From Macrostomum lignano (lineage: Eukaryota): a stretch of DNA of 64,000 bases. Made by a program: the position numbers and the translations under genes. Where the stretch lies: the NCBI GenBank assembly GCA_002269645.1, contig NIVC01003182.1, forward strand, positions 1 through 64,000, in the 5' to 3' direction. The notes beneath the pieces are model-generated. The model ran no database searches. It worked only from the letters and a program-made list of their open reading frames with translations, and was not told where the DNA came from. Below are positions 1 to 11,432 of the stretch, piece by piece (position 1 is the stretch's first letter; each line of letters starts with the position of its first letter).

Positions 1-88
1 CTCTTTTGTGCCTGTATGCTATTTGTTAGCCATATAAACATTTAATAAAACTGTATATACTCATAGTTCATAAAGAAACATTCTAAAT

Positions 89-280
89 AGAGGCAAGCAC
101 ATGGGTTCAGAACACCCTTAGATAGACACTCGCCCTCTACCACCGAAGTTGGATGTTCATGGTGGGCTTTAGCTGTTTAATGTACAACACTCAAGAGTAG
201 AGACATTGAGAAAGTTTAAAGTTTTGTTACCAATCTCAGCAGTCTACTTAAGGGTGTTCTGACCCCATGCGCTTGCCTCT
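89..280. mobile_element. Small MITE-like element with ~40-bp terminal inverted repeats
   Basis: agaggcaagcacatgggttcagaacacccttagatagac (from 89) is the near reverse complement of gtctacttaagggtgttctgaccccatgcgcttgcctct (242-280). No coding capacity. Confidence 0.7.
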
Positions 281-377
281 TATCTAGGGCCATCTAACTC
301 AGTTACCCATACTTACAATCTTTTTGGCCTATAGACTTTAAATAATTTACCATCTCTCTGAAAATATATTATTGCCT

Positions 378-433
378 TGCCTGAAGATGCCAATTGTTCG
401 GCGAAACATGTCGCGTGAAGATTGATTAATAAA
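378..433 (+). ncRNA. Penelope-type minimal hammerhead ribozyme motif (probably degenerate)
   Basis: CTGAAGA core (381-387), stem II gcc/ggc, GAAA, palindromic ACATGT stem III ending in a GTC triplet, then AATAAA at 428-433. Stem I pairing is only about 3 bp. Confidence 0.5.
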
Positions 434-2322
434 TTGTAATTTCGTAATTTTGTATTATCAAAGATAAAATGCAAATGTTCGCCTTTGCTTTCATTTTTCT
501 GACTTTCCTTAAATTTAAAACTAGGGCTTACTGACTGCTGTTAAGATGTTATTATCATGACAAAAGTATTGTAGTAAGATTCTTTTTTGTACTATATATA
601 ATATTTGGTAACTACAAGTCAATAGTTCAAAGGAATATAATAACCTATTATTATTACCACACTCTAGATAACTAGTAGCCTTTTTACAAAGTCTACTCCA
701 GAATTGGAATAAAATCCAATTCCAGAACCAGATTCGCTAAGAATGAAAAGCATCAAGTAAATTTTATTTAGTCAAAAATTACTTTAAACATTAAAAAAAT
801 TTTTCCAAGTTACTTATTTTTTTACCTTTGAAAGTTATATTTGAAGTTAAATTGACTTTAAATATTTTTCATTGTTTCCATAGAAATATGTAAACGAATT
901 GAGAAATTTTGTCAAACCAAATTCTAGAACCAAAGTAAGGTTCTGGAACCGATTCTGAAAATGGAATTGGCAAAATGAAAAGTATTGAACCAGTTCTAAA
1001 AATGGAATCAGGAATATGAAAAGCCTCTAGATCATGTAAAAGCACATTCAGAAATTCAGAAAATAGAATTTCTGAATCCAAAATACTTGGATTTCTAAAA
1101 TAGTGAGACCTTTTGGATTTCAATTGAATATTTGGATCTATCATTAATGCTAATGTGGCAAAGAAGTCTACCCTATGAGTTATCTATGGCCCAAAGGGAT
1201 GGTGGCCTGCAGCCTGATAGTTACTGAGTGGGAAGAATAGCAAAAAACATTTTTACTGTGTAGGGGTTACTTCTGTCTCTAATAATAATTTCACACTGTC
1301 ACCAAAAGCTATCACAGGGCTAATTTACTAATCTCTCAAGTGTTCTTCTTAGGTTGGTAGTTGCCACCAAGATTATTCAATTAATAAATTTTTATCAATA
1401 TTAGAATAATCTGAGAAATGTTTCTTAGAATAGGTCTGAGTATAAGTCTTTAAGTATCAGTCTTAGTATAAGTCTAAGGATAAGTCTAGGTATATGTCTA
1501 AGGATTAGTCTAAGTATCTACTTTTATTGGTAGCGTTCTTAGTATATGTATTGGTAGCATTCTTAGTATATGCCGAGTGGTCTACTATTGGCCTGGAATG
1601 TATTTCTCAGAATGATCTTCCTTGTAACCCTTTTGTAGTTAATTAAGTATCTGATTCTAGTCCAGTCCTTTAGGCATTCCCGAGATTAGAGGGTCACGGC
1701 CTTCTCAATACTGTATATGTATTCCCGAGATCTACTTTGTTTCACTTCAATCTCCTTGGTATTCTGAGTATCAGTAGTATCTGTGATATGATTAACTTCC
1801 ACTTCACTCTTTGAATCAAAAAATTTACTGTCTTGAAAAGATTTCTAAGTAACAGTTTAAGGCTCAACAAGTAGCGAGACTTGAGACTAATTTAGGAACA
1901 GGCAATCAGCCAGTTGGTGGCTCTCTGGCCAGATCCCGTCTATTTATACTATTTTAAGACTTGATCAATATTAATTTTGATATATGCAGTATTAAAACAA
2001 ATAGGGCTAAAATTAGTTTTCAGTTTAAAAATACATACAAATTTTACATGAATATTATTATTAAACGTTAGAAGATTAAAACAAATAATATGTGAATACT
2101 ATTCTTGAGTGATTAAACTCAAAATTATTATTGACAAAATTTATTTACAAAAACTATTATTATTACTATTAGTAGCATTAAGCGCTTGCACATTACTTAA
2201 TCTATTTTTTCTAAGGCAATAAGTATTCTTATATTTATAAGCATATTTTATTACTGCGACCAAAAATTCAGTTGGATAGTGCCACCAAATGAAGTATTGA
2301 ATGATCAAACTCCTAATTTTCC

Positions 2323-2725
2323 AAATAATTTCTGTCCTTTTCCAATGGTACCGTGGGAATAATTTTCTGCTTTTACGCATGGCACACTGACAAGATAGCT
2401 GCCATATCTTCTACATATATATGCTGTATATGAATAGTTTATAGCTTTTTAAAAGGGAATTTGAATTGAGGATACTAAGATGCTGTTGATCTGGATCAAC
2501 ACCACAACCAGCGTTTTTTGCATAAAAAAGTTATTTAATCTTTACTTCAATTAAACAAATTGTCAAGCAAAGTTATATTGTTATACTGCACTTAAACCGT
2601 AAGTACTAAACTAAATTATTTCCACGGCATATGTAGAAGATGGGGCAGCTATCTCGTCAGTGTGCCATGTGGATAAGCAGAAAATTATTCCCACAGTACC
2701 ATTGGAATAAGACAGAAATTATTCC
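2323..2725. mobile_element. MITE-like element with ~100-bp imperfect inverted repeats
   Basis: ttccaatggtaccgtgggaataattttctgc...catggcacactgacaagatagctgcc...cttctacatat (2340-2420) matches the reverse complement of 2625-2707. The match extends outward to about 2323 and 2725. Confidence 0.7.
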
Positions 2726-4976
2726 TACAATACCGTGGGAATAAGCACTGCCTATTAGGCAATTAGTTTAGCTAAATTCAAAAGAAAAATAATGTTGCAA
2801 ATGAAGCTACACTAGTACCATTATTTAATGGTACTAATTAATATCAATTAATTATTTCATTTTATCATTTATGCCTGTGCCACTGCCAGACTTATACCAA
2901 GCGTAGGTTAGGCTATTCTAAGTATAATGGACTATGGGAGGTAGCATGGACAGTTATCTTGTATATGATATTTTGTTTTAAAAAATATGAAAAAATTTGT
3001 TATAAATAGAAACCAGCTATAAGACAAAGCCAAATAAAGTATGTCTTTTCTGTTCTGATTTAGTCTGAGCAATATTTAAGTGGTCTCCAAATTATTCAAC
3101 ATTGGAAACAAAACTGATAATCAGCTTTAAGGCTAAGTATTTGCTCTCATGTTAGCCTACTTATTTTGAGTAGTAGATAGTGACATAGGAATAGCCCAAG
3201 GTTGGGAGAATTTTAGTGTTCCACTATAAGGAGGGTCCATGTACCATAGCTATCTATAGCTATAAGCAAAACTATGGCTTATTCCAATTCTCCATATTCC
3301 ATAGCCAAAGAGACTCCAATATTACTATATTCCCATAGTAGCCATAGCCATAATTTTCACAAAGTCTAGGAAACAAAATATTTTGAACCAGAAAGATAAC
3401 CTAGTAGTTAAACAATTGCAAATTAAGATAGAAAACAAAGAAAACACTTGATTGCCTTTGTAAGATTATATTTCATATTTTTACAAAGAGGAACAATACT
3501 TAATCACTACTGAAAGTATTACTGCTAAACTTTTTCACATTATTAAAAGTTAGTGTTTGCTAATATTTTATTGTACTTTATTAGGTACGAGCTATAAGTT
3601 AAGTTTCTAAGTCTATATATAATTTATAGTTTACCAAAGTATCTTTTTTACTTAACCTGTTTCTAATATTTTTTTAAATTAATAACTATGGCTATAGGAA
3701 TCTACAAAATATGATAGCAACTACCATATTTCCATAGTTGTAGCTGTAAGAGCAGCTATCTACTGTAGGCATATCTGTAGTTGTTGTAGGCACCTATTTT
3801 ACCATATTTGCCATAGGATCCCATAGCCATAGCCATAACTATGGCAAAATACTAGAGAATTTTCTCCATTCTTAGAGAACAAGACTTTTAGATTTAGAAT
3901 CTATAATATCACCTTAGAAGGCAGAATATCCACCCAAGGATAAGACCTCTAGACCTAGGGCAATAAATCTACCACTGTTAGATGTAACCCTCTGATCTCT
4001 CCAGTAATGAAGTGAAAGAATAAAACATAGTTTTAAGCCATAATACATAGGATAAGATAAAGTACAAGTGCCATAAGACCACTTAGGCCAAAAGTACATT
4101 TTTGCTACCGAATTTATATAATATGCTACTAGTAAATAGTATAATACCAAAAGTATATCAAGATACAAACAAAGAGGAATATGCCTTGAACAAAATTGGT
4201 GCCAATAGTAAGATAGCTTGATGGCATTAATGAAATTTCATTAAATAGAAAAAATACCCCTGTTACAATTTATAAGTACAAGACATATCAAAACATTAAA
4301 AACCAAAAGTTGTTGCATTATTATACAGCACAAATTCTAGAATTTAAACTGTGTTAGTTTTTACAAATTTTCTGTAGTATTTAAATTCTATGTTTTATCA
4401 AATACAATTAAGTTACATGGGACTTGTAATGGCACTCCAGAAAATCATGTGTAGTTGTTTTATGCCAGGCATTTATGCAAAAGCTAATATTTCTCTAGAC
4501 TTATGCTGGATATTTCTGGTAGCTTGTATATAATGAAACAGACTAATGGATATGCTTATACTTCTAATTTTATTAGTTGTCAGTTATCAATTTTTATAGT
4601 TCCACTATAGCTATAGTTATGGCTATTGGATTATTGGAAGTTATAAATACAGAGATGTTTTTAAAGAATACAGGTATGGTAATATATATTTCTAATATCT
4701 ATTTCCCATAGGCCTATCTAGTAATACCACTCGAATGAGACTTGAAAGACCATTGGAGCTATTGGTTTGATAGGATAAGGATGAATAAGTATTCAGAGTG
4801 TCAAAATGAGGAGAGATCCTCTTCCTTCTACCCTCCACTCCTCTTTAATCTCCTCTCTACCCTGACTGGTTCTATCTAAAGAGACACTTAATGGATGTCA
4901 AATCGATTTGCAAATAAATGTATCGAAGCGTCTGTCAGAAGGATTGTTCACAATAATTTACACTAAAAAACAATTT

Positions 4977-5828
4977 ATGAATTCGATTTCAAAATCAACT
5001 CGCTCTAGTCGAAGCCGATCGACTTTACGCAACAGCCATGGATTTGTCAGCTTAATTGATTCCGATTCAGATGACGAAGTAGATCCTTCGACACTTGAGC
5101 CGCAGCAAAGAATTGTCACGGTGCGTCCGAAGGCAGAAATTATTGATTTAACAGCAGCAACTGCAGTGCCAGAAGGTTCAGACGATTGCATTGTTATTAG
5201 TGACAATGAAAGCGACAATGACCTTGCCAATAATGCTGATGATGGTGAGGAAGCTGCTAGGAGAACAGCAGATTCCCTAGTTTGGATCGATCTGGACGCT
5301 AACGAACTTGAAAGCGACACAGATGACGATGACGACCTCATTGTAGTAGCGGCGACTCCGCCCGCGACTCGACAGATGAAACCGACATTGCCAGCCAAAC
5401 GGAAACTGCTGTATTGTCAGATTTGTAAATCGAACTTTTCGGATCCAATTCGAACTCATCAAGCATCGATTGCTCATCAGCTGGCTCTGATGCCTGATGA
5501 GGCAGCCGCTCCAGCCTCCGGTTCAACAGCTGACAGAAAATTGTGCGTAGCCTCTGGTCCAGCTTATCGGATGATGCTTAAACAGGGCTGGACACCCGGC
5601 AGCGGACTGGGTCGACATGGCCAGGGCCGTTCTCAGCCCATAGCAACCGTTGTCAAGCGGGACCGACTCGGTCTGGGCATGGCCGCTCCGAAAAGGAAGA
5701 AAAAGCAGATTCCGCAAAGCAACAATAGTTCTGCCGCCGAGCCTGCAGGCTCCGGTTGCAAAGCTAATTTTGAGCGAGATTTTCGACGATATATGAACGA
5801 CCCAGATTCCACTGCCTGGTTCCAATAA
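4977..5828 (+). CDS. GPANK1: G-patch domain protein, GPANK1-like C-terminal half (C2H2-like finger + G-patch) with acidic N-terminus
   Basis: Uninterrupted ORF with first ATG at 4977. Motifs: YCQICKSNFSDPIRTHQASIAH finger; G-patch AYRMMLKQGWTPGSGLGRHGQGRSQPIATVVKRDRLGLG; C-terminal FERDFRRYMN resembling the GPANK1 tail. No ankyrin repeats visible, so the symbol is tentative. Confidence 0.8.
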   Translation: MNSISKSTRSSRSRSTLRNSHGFVSLIDSDSDDEVDPSTLEPQQRIVTVRPKAEIIDLTAATAVPEGSDDCIVISDNESDNDLANNADDGEEAARRTADSLVWIDLDANELESDTDDDDDLIVVAATPPATRQMKPTLPAKRKLLYCQICKSNFSDPIRTHQASIAHQLALMPDEAAAPASGSTADRKLCVASGPAYRMMLKQGWTPGSGLGRHGQGRSQPIATVVKRDRLGLGMAAPKRKKKQIPQSNNSSAAEPAGSGCKANFERDFRRYMNDPDSTAWFQ

Positions 5829-6174
5829 TACAATGGTTCAACTACATTAGTCGTTCATTTTTTGCTTGTTATAATGTTATTGTATCTCAATTTTGTGCTA
5901 CAATCCTGTTACGATTGTTTATATGCTGGTTTAATATGTTTCAGTGTAACAAAAATATAAGACAAGAAAATCGTTTTTTATAATTATTAATCAGAATCTT
6001 TTATTAACTTTCTACACAATCTACTTGTTAGTAGTTTTGCATGGATTGTTTATTTAATTTTCTTACTAATCATTTTTCGATACATATCGGTATAGGCTTA
6101 TATTAACTTGTTTTAACAGTAGCGACAGTACAAGTAGGAAAGATTGGGAAACTTCTGTACGGGTCTTCCCGTTG

Positions 6175-7453
6175 CTATGACGACACTCCGCAATCTGCAA
6201 TAACCAGCAGTTTTGTGGGTCTTCCCGACGGGGTGCCCAGGTCTTCGGCTCGTTGCAGCACGTCCCAACCGGATGTTAGCTCGCCAAATACCACGTGACG
6301 ACCGTCCATCCACGGACAGGGGGCCAGCGTGATCAAAAACTGGGAGCTGTTCGTGTCGGGGCCTGAAAGTTGGGGCAGATCGATCGCTTTCGTTTCAGTG
6401 CTTCACGTCTCTTCTCACCCCTGTGTCTCCTATCTCGCTTCTGTGTCTCCCATCTCATCTCTTCCTTGTGTCTCTTATCTCATCACTTCCTTGTGTCTCT
6501 CATCTCATCTTTTCTCTGTGTCTCTTATCTCATCTCTTCCCTGTGTCTCCCATCTCATCTCTTCCCTGTGTCTCCTATCCTCTTCCCTGTGTCTCTTATC
6601 TCATCTCTTCCCTGTGTCTCTCATCTCATTTCTTCCCTGCGTCTCTCATCTAATCTCTTCCCTGTGTGTCTTATCTCATCTTCCCTGTGTCTTCTATCTA
6701 ATCTCTTCCCTGTGTCTCCTATCTCATATCTTCCCACTGTCTCCCATCTCATCTCTTCCCTGTGTCTCTTATCTCATCTTCACCCTGTCTCCCATCTTAT
6801 CTCTTCCCTGCGTCTCATCTTATCTCTTCCCTGCGTCTCTCATCTCATCTCTTCCCTGTGTCTCTCATCTCATCTCTTCCCTGTGTCTCTTATCTTGCCC
6901 CGTGTCTCCTATATTTTCTTACCCCCGTGTCTCCCATCTTATCTCACCCTGTGTCTCCCATCTCATCCCACCCCTATGTCTCGCATCTCACCTCACCTGT
7001 CTCCTCTCTTTTCAACCCCGTCTCCAATCTCATCTCACACCGGTGTCCTCATCTCTTTTCATCCCTGTGACTCCCCTGTCTCTCCCTCTCTTCTCACTCT
7101 TGTGTCTCCAATCTCATCCCACAATGCTCACCGGAGTTGGCCATGCTCAAAAGGCCTCTCCTATCGTGCCTGCCAGTGAGATCCTCATCGGGGAAATACC
7201 TGCCATAGATAGACCAGCCGCCAGTGCCGTTGCCAGACTGGAAGTCGCCAGCTTGTATAGCAAAGCCGGGTATGCACCGGTGGACCCGGCTGCCCCTGTA
7301 GCCCGAACAGCCGTTCTCGTGTCCAACGCAGAGGCTGGCAAAGTTCCGGCAAGTCAGGGGGACTTTCGTAGCGAATAGGCGGAATTCGAGTCGGCCGAGA
7401 GGCACTGAGTTGGCTTCGAGCCTCAGATAGCAGCTGGTTGTGCTGGACTGCAT
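6175..7453 (-). CDS. Cyclophilin-type peptidyl-prolyl isomerase, 2 exons
   Basis: Exon 1 7453-7132 (ATG...[27 protein letters not shown]...LLSMANS-G). GTGAG...TTTCAG intron 7131-6363, phase 1. Exon 2 6362-6175 ([28 protein letters not shown]...ADCGVSS*). AATAAA on the minus strand at 6005-6000. Confidence 0.93.
6405..7115. repeat. CT-rich degenerate minisatellite filling the cyclophilin intron
   Basis: Units of about 20-25 bp like tctcatctcttccctgtgtc repeated throughout the intron. Confidence 0.9.
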
Positions 7454-7609
7454 TCTGTGTGGCTGAGGGTGCAGACAGTAAGTTTTTGTGCCTCAAAGCC
7501 TCAATGCTTCATCTATAGAGCTCCAGGCGTTTGTTAGGCCTTTATAAATGTCTTTTAAAGGCCACACAGTTATTTAGCGTTAAAACACAGTCTAGCTTCA
7601 CGAGACAGC

Positions 7610-10010
7610 GTATTTAGCATGCCACAACACGTCTATTTAGCGCAACAACACAGTCTATTTAGCGCCACAACACAGTCTATTCAGCGCCACAACACAGTCT
7701 ATTTAGCGCAACAACACGTCTATTTAGCGCAACAACACAGTCTATTTAGCGCCACAACACAGTCTATTCAGCGCCACAACACAGTCTATTTAGCATGCCA
7801 CAACACAGTCTATTTAGCGCAACAACACAGTCTATTTAGCGCCACAACACAGTCTATTCAGCGCCACAACACAGTCTATTTAGCGCAACAACACGTCTAT
7901 TTAGCGCAACAACACAGTCTATTTAGCGCCACAACACGTCTATTTAGCGCAACAACACAGTCTATTTAGCGCCACAACACAGTCTATTCAGCGCCACAAC
8001 ACAGTCTATTTAGCGCAACAACACGTCTATTTAGCGCAACAACACAGTCTATTTAGCGCCACAACACGTCTATTTAGCGCAACAACACAGTCTATTTAGC
8101 GCCACAACACAGTCTATTTAGCATGCCACAACACAGTCTATTTAGCGCAACAACACAGTCTATTTAGCGCCACAACACGTCTATTTAGCGCAACAACACA
8201 GTCTATTTAGCGCCACAACACAGTCTATTTAGCGCCACAACACGTCTATTTAGCGCCACAACACGTCTATTTAGCGCCACAACACAGTCTATTTAGCGCC
8301 ACAACACAGTCTATTTAGCGCCACAACACGTCTATTTAGCGCCGCAACACGTCTATTTAGCGCAACAACACAGTCTATTTAGCGCCACAACACGTCTATT
8401 TAGCGCAACAACACAGTCTATTCAGCGCCACAACATAGTCTATTTAGCGCAACAACATAGTCTATTTAGCATGCCACAACACGTCTATTTAGCGCCACAA
8501 CACAGTCTATTTAGCGCCACAACACGTCTATTTAGCGCAACAACACAGTCTATTCAGCGCCACAACACAGTCTATTCAGCGCCACAACATAGTCTATTCA
8601 GCGCCACAACACAGTCTATTTAGCATGCCACAACACGTCTATTTAGCGCCACAACACAGTCTATTTAGCGCCACAACACAGTCTATTTAGCGCCACAACA
8701 CAGTCTATTTAGCGCCACAACACAGTCTATTTAGCGCCACAACACAGTCTATTCAGCGCAACAACACAGTCTATTCAGCGCCACAACATAGTCTATTCAG
8801 CGCCACAACACAGTCTATTCAGCGCCACAACACAGTCTATTCAGCGCCACAACATAGTCTATTTAGCGCAACAACACAGTCTATTTAGCGCCACAACACA
8901 GTCTATTCAGCGCCACAACACAGTCTATTTAGCGCAACAACACGTCTATTTAGCGCAACAACACGTCTATTTAGCGCAACAACACAGTCTATTTAGCGCC
9001 ACAACACAGTCTATTCAGCGCCACAACACAGTCTATTTAGCGCAACAACACAGTCTATTTAGCGCCACAACACAGTCTATTCAGCGCCACAACACGTCTA
9101 TTTAGCGCAACAACACAGTCTATTTAGCGCCACAACACAGTCTATTCAGCGCAACAACACAGTCTATTCAGCGCCACAACATAGTCTATTCAGCGCCACA
9201 ACACAGTCTATTCAGCGCCACAACACAGTCTATTCAGCGCCACAACATAGTCTATTTAGCGCAACAACACAGTCTATTTAGCGCCACAACACAGTCTATT
9301 CAGCGCCACAACACAGTCTATTTAGCGCAACAACACGTCTATTTAGCGCAACAACACGTCTATTTAGCGCAACAACACAGTCTATTTAGCGCCACAACAC
9401 AGTCTATTCAGCGCCACAACACAGTCTATTTAGCGCAACAACACAGTCTATTTAGCGCCACAACACAGTCTATTCAGCGCCACAACACGTCTATTTAGCG
9501 CAACAACACAGTCTATTTAGCGCCACAACACGTCTATTTAGCGCAACAACACAGTCTATTCAGCGCCACAACACGTCTATTTAGCGCAACAACACAGTCT
9601 ATTTAGCGCCACAACACAGTCTATTCAGCGCCACAACACAGTCTATTTAGCGCAACAACACAGTCTATTTAGCGCAACAACACAGTCTATTCAGCGCCAC
9701 AACATAGTCTATTTAGCGCAACAACACAGTCTATTTAGCGCCACAACACAGTCTATTCAGCGCCACAACACAGTCTATTTAGCGCAACAACACAGTCTAT
9801 TTAGCGCAACAACACAGTCTATTTAGCGCAACAACACAGTCTATTCAGCGCCACAACACAGTCTATTTAGCGCAACAACACAGTCTATTTAGCGCCACAA
9901 CACAGTCTATTTAGCGCCACAATACAGTCTATTCAGCGCCACAACACAGTCTATTTAGCGACTCAACACAGTCTATTCAGCATCTCAACACAGTCTATTC
10001 AGCGCCACAA
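7610..10010. repeat. 21-22-bp tandem satellite (aacacagtctatttagcgccac), ~2.4 kb
   Basis: Directly visible tandem array with a few recurring variants (ttcag/tttag, gccac/gcaac, cacgt/cacagt). Confidence 0.97.
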
Positions 10011-10864
10011 TACACTGTTATCGAATTAGCGCCAATGATCAGAACGAAACAATTCGTAAGCAATTCGAATTAATCTTACCTGAATAGATAATAATAAACT
10101 ATATAGTGCAGTTTGTACAGCATCTACTTAAACCTGTACTGGCCTCTTTAAGTCACTATATAGAAACTATTAAGCAAGGTTAATACGCTTGCAGCAAAGT
10201 GAAAGTCGATCCATGAGTGCAGAGAGCTTCAATAGGATTATCGGGAAATGTTTGATGAGGCGTTGACGCTGGCTGTTTGGCTGCAGGAGGAGCAGGGAAA
10301 CACGGGAAAGCTGGGGGTTGGAGCAAACATCGGTTGAGCTTCTCAGTCTGTACAACAGGCTTCCATGGCTTAACTATGTCTATAGTACGGGCTTTTTAGC
10401 TTCGGTTGTCATTGACAACGTATTTTCCATGCTTAAAGTATGCTGGGGCAAGGTAGACAAGAGCGGTGGAGGGAAGTTGCGACGGATTTATCGAATGGAT
10501 TGGGGAACAACTTGCATTACTGAATTGCATTGGGTTGTAGAGTTTTCATTTCAGCCCCGACAGACATTTTTTGAAGCAGAAAGCCAAGCTTGCTGTTTTA
10601 TCCATTGTCTGCGTGTCCTCAGCAATTACAAGGCGAATCGTTGAGGTTTTTGTGTGTTTTACAGCAGGCTGAATTCATTTTTATTGAAGAAAAACTATAC
10701 TTGAAATAGTAAGCATAATGCTTTATAACTGGCTGTAGGGGTTGTAGAGCATTCAGGACTCCGGCCTTTGGGTCACATGCGGCCCACAAAGCCTCTCTGA
10801 GTCTCTACCTGGGCCCCGGGTCCTTTGAAACTTTACAATAGCAACCCAGTCTGATTAAGATTTG

Positions 10865-11190
10865 TATCTTCTCAGCCTTCTCTTCTCTCCTCTCCTCTCT
10901 TCTCTCCTCCTCTCCTCTCTCTCATCCTCTCCTCTCCTTTCCTCTCCTTTCCTCTCCTCTCTCCTCTCTTCTCCGACATCTCAGAAACTCAACCTCATGG
11001 AGCCTTGACATCTCAGCAACTCAACCTCATTGAGCCCTCTCCTCTCCTCTCCTCATCTCTTCTCTCATCTCCTCTCCTCTTTCTTCTTTCCTTTCCTCTC
11101 ATCTCCTCTCATCTCCTCTCTTCTCTCATCTCCTCTCCTCTCTTCTCCTCTACTCTCTTCGCCTCTCCTCTCCTCTCCTCTCCTCTCTCC
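10865..11190. repeat. CT-rich low-complexity tracts (ctcct/ctctt)
   Basis: Two pyrimidine tracts, about 10865-10975 and 11035-11190. Confidence 0.8.
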
Positions 11191-11432
11191 CATCCTCTAG
11201 CCCGCAGTCATGCGCTGTTGTTGACTATACGCTCGTACGCGAGTATACGAAACATTTAATGCCTTCTCAGCCAAGATAAAGGAAGTTGCTGTCACCAAAT
11301 CTTGTACAACTAAACTCTCTTGTCTTATCTGATAAATGACAGGCACTGTATTTAATGTAGGCCAGCACAAGCCAACCTGCTCGCCTGCCTGACTAACGTT
11401 TTCAGGGCTGATTCAGAGCTGAGCTACAAAAA

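Noticed and set aside
869-4168. Short AT-rich ORFs and a possible decayed element at about 1200-1960
   Set aside because: No identifiable domain. It may be highly decayed repeat DNA, but I cannot support a call. A 17-bp match (ccaattccagaaccaga) between about 716 and 58300 is too short to assign a family.
6329-7378. Long S/L/P/C-rich ORFs on the + strand (349 aa, 269 aa)
   Set aside because: They are translations of the CT-rich repeat inside the minus-strand cyclophilin intron.
7610-10010. CRISPR-like appearance of the 22-bp array (also the 21-bp and 29-bp arrays)
   Set aside because: Units are head-to-tail with no unique spacers, there are no cas genes, and the context is eukaryotic.
10170-10644. 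Short ORFs on both strands
   Set aside because: No recognisable motif and no consistent splice structure.
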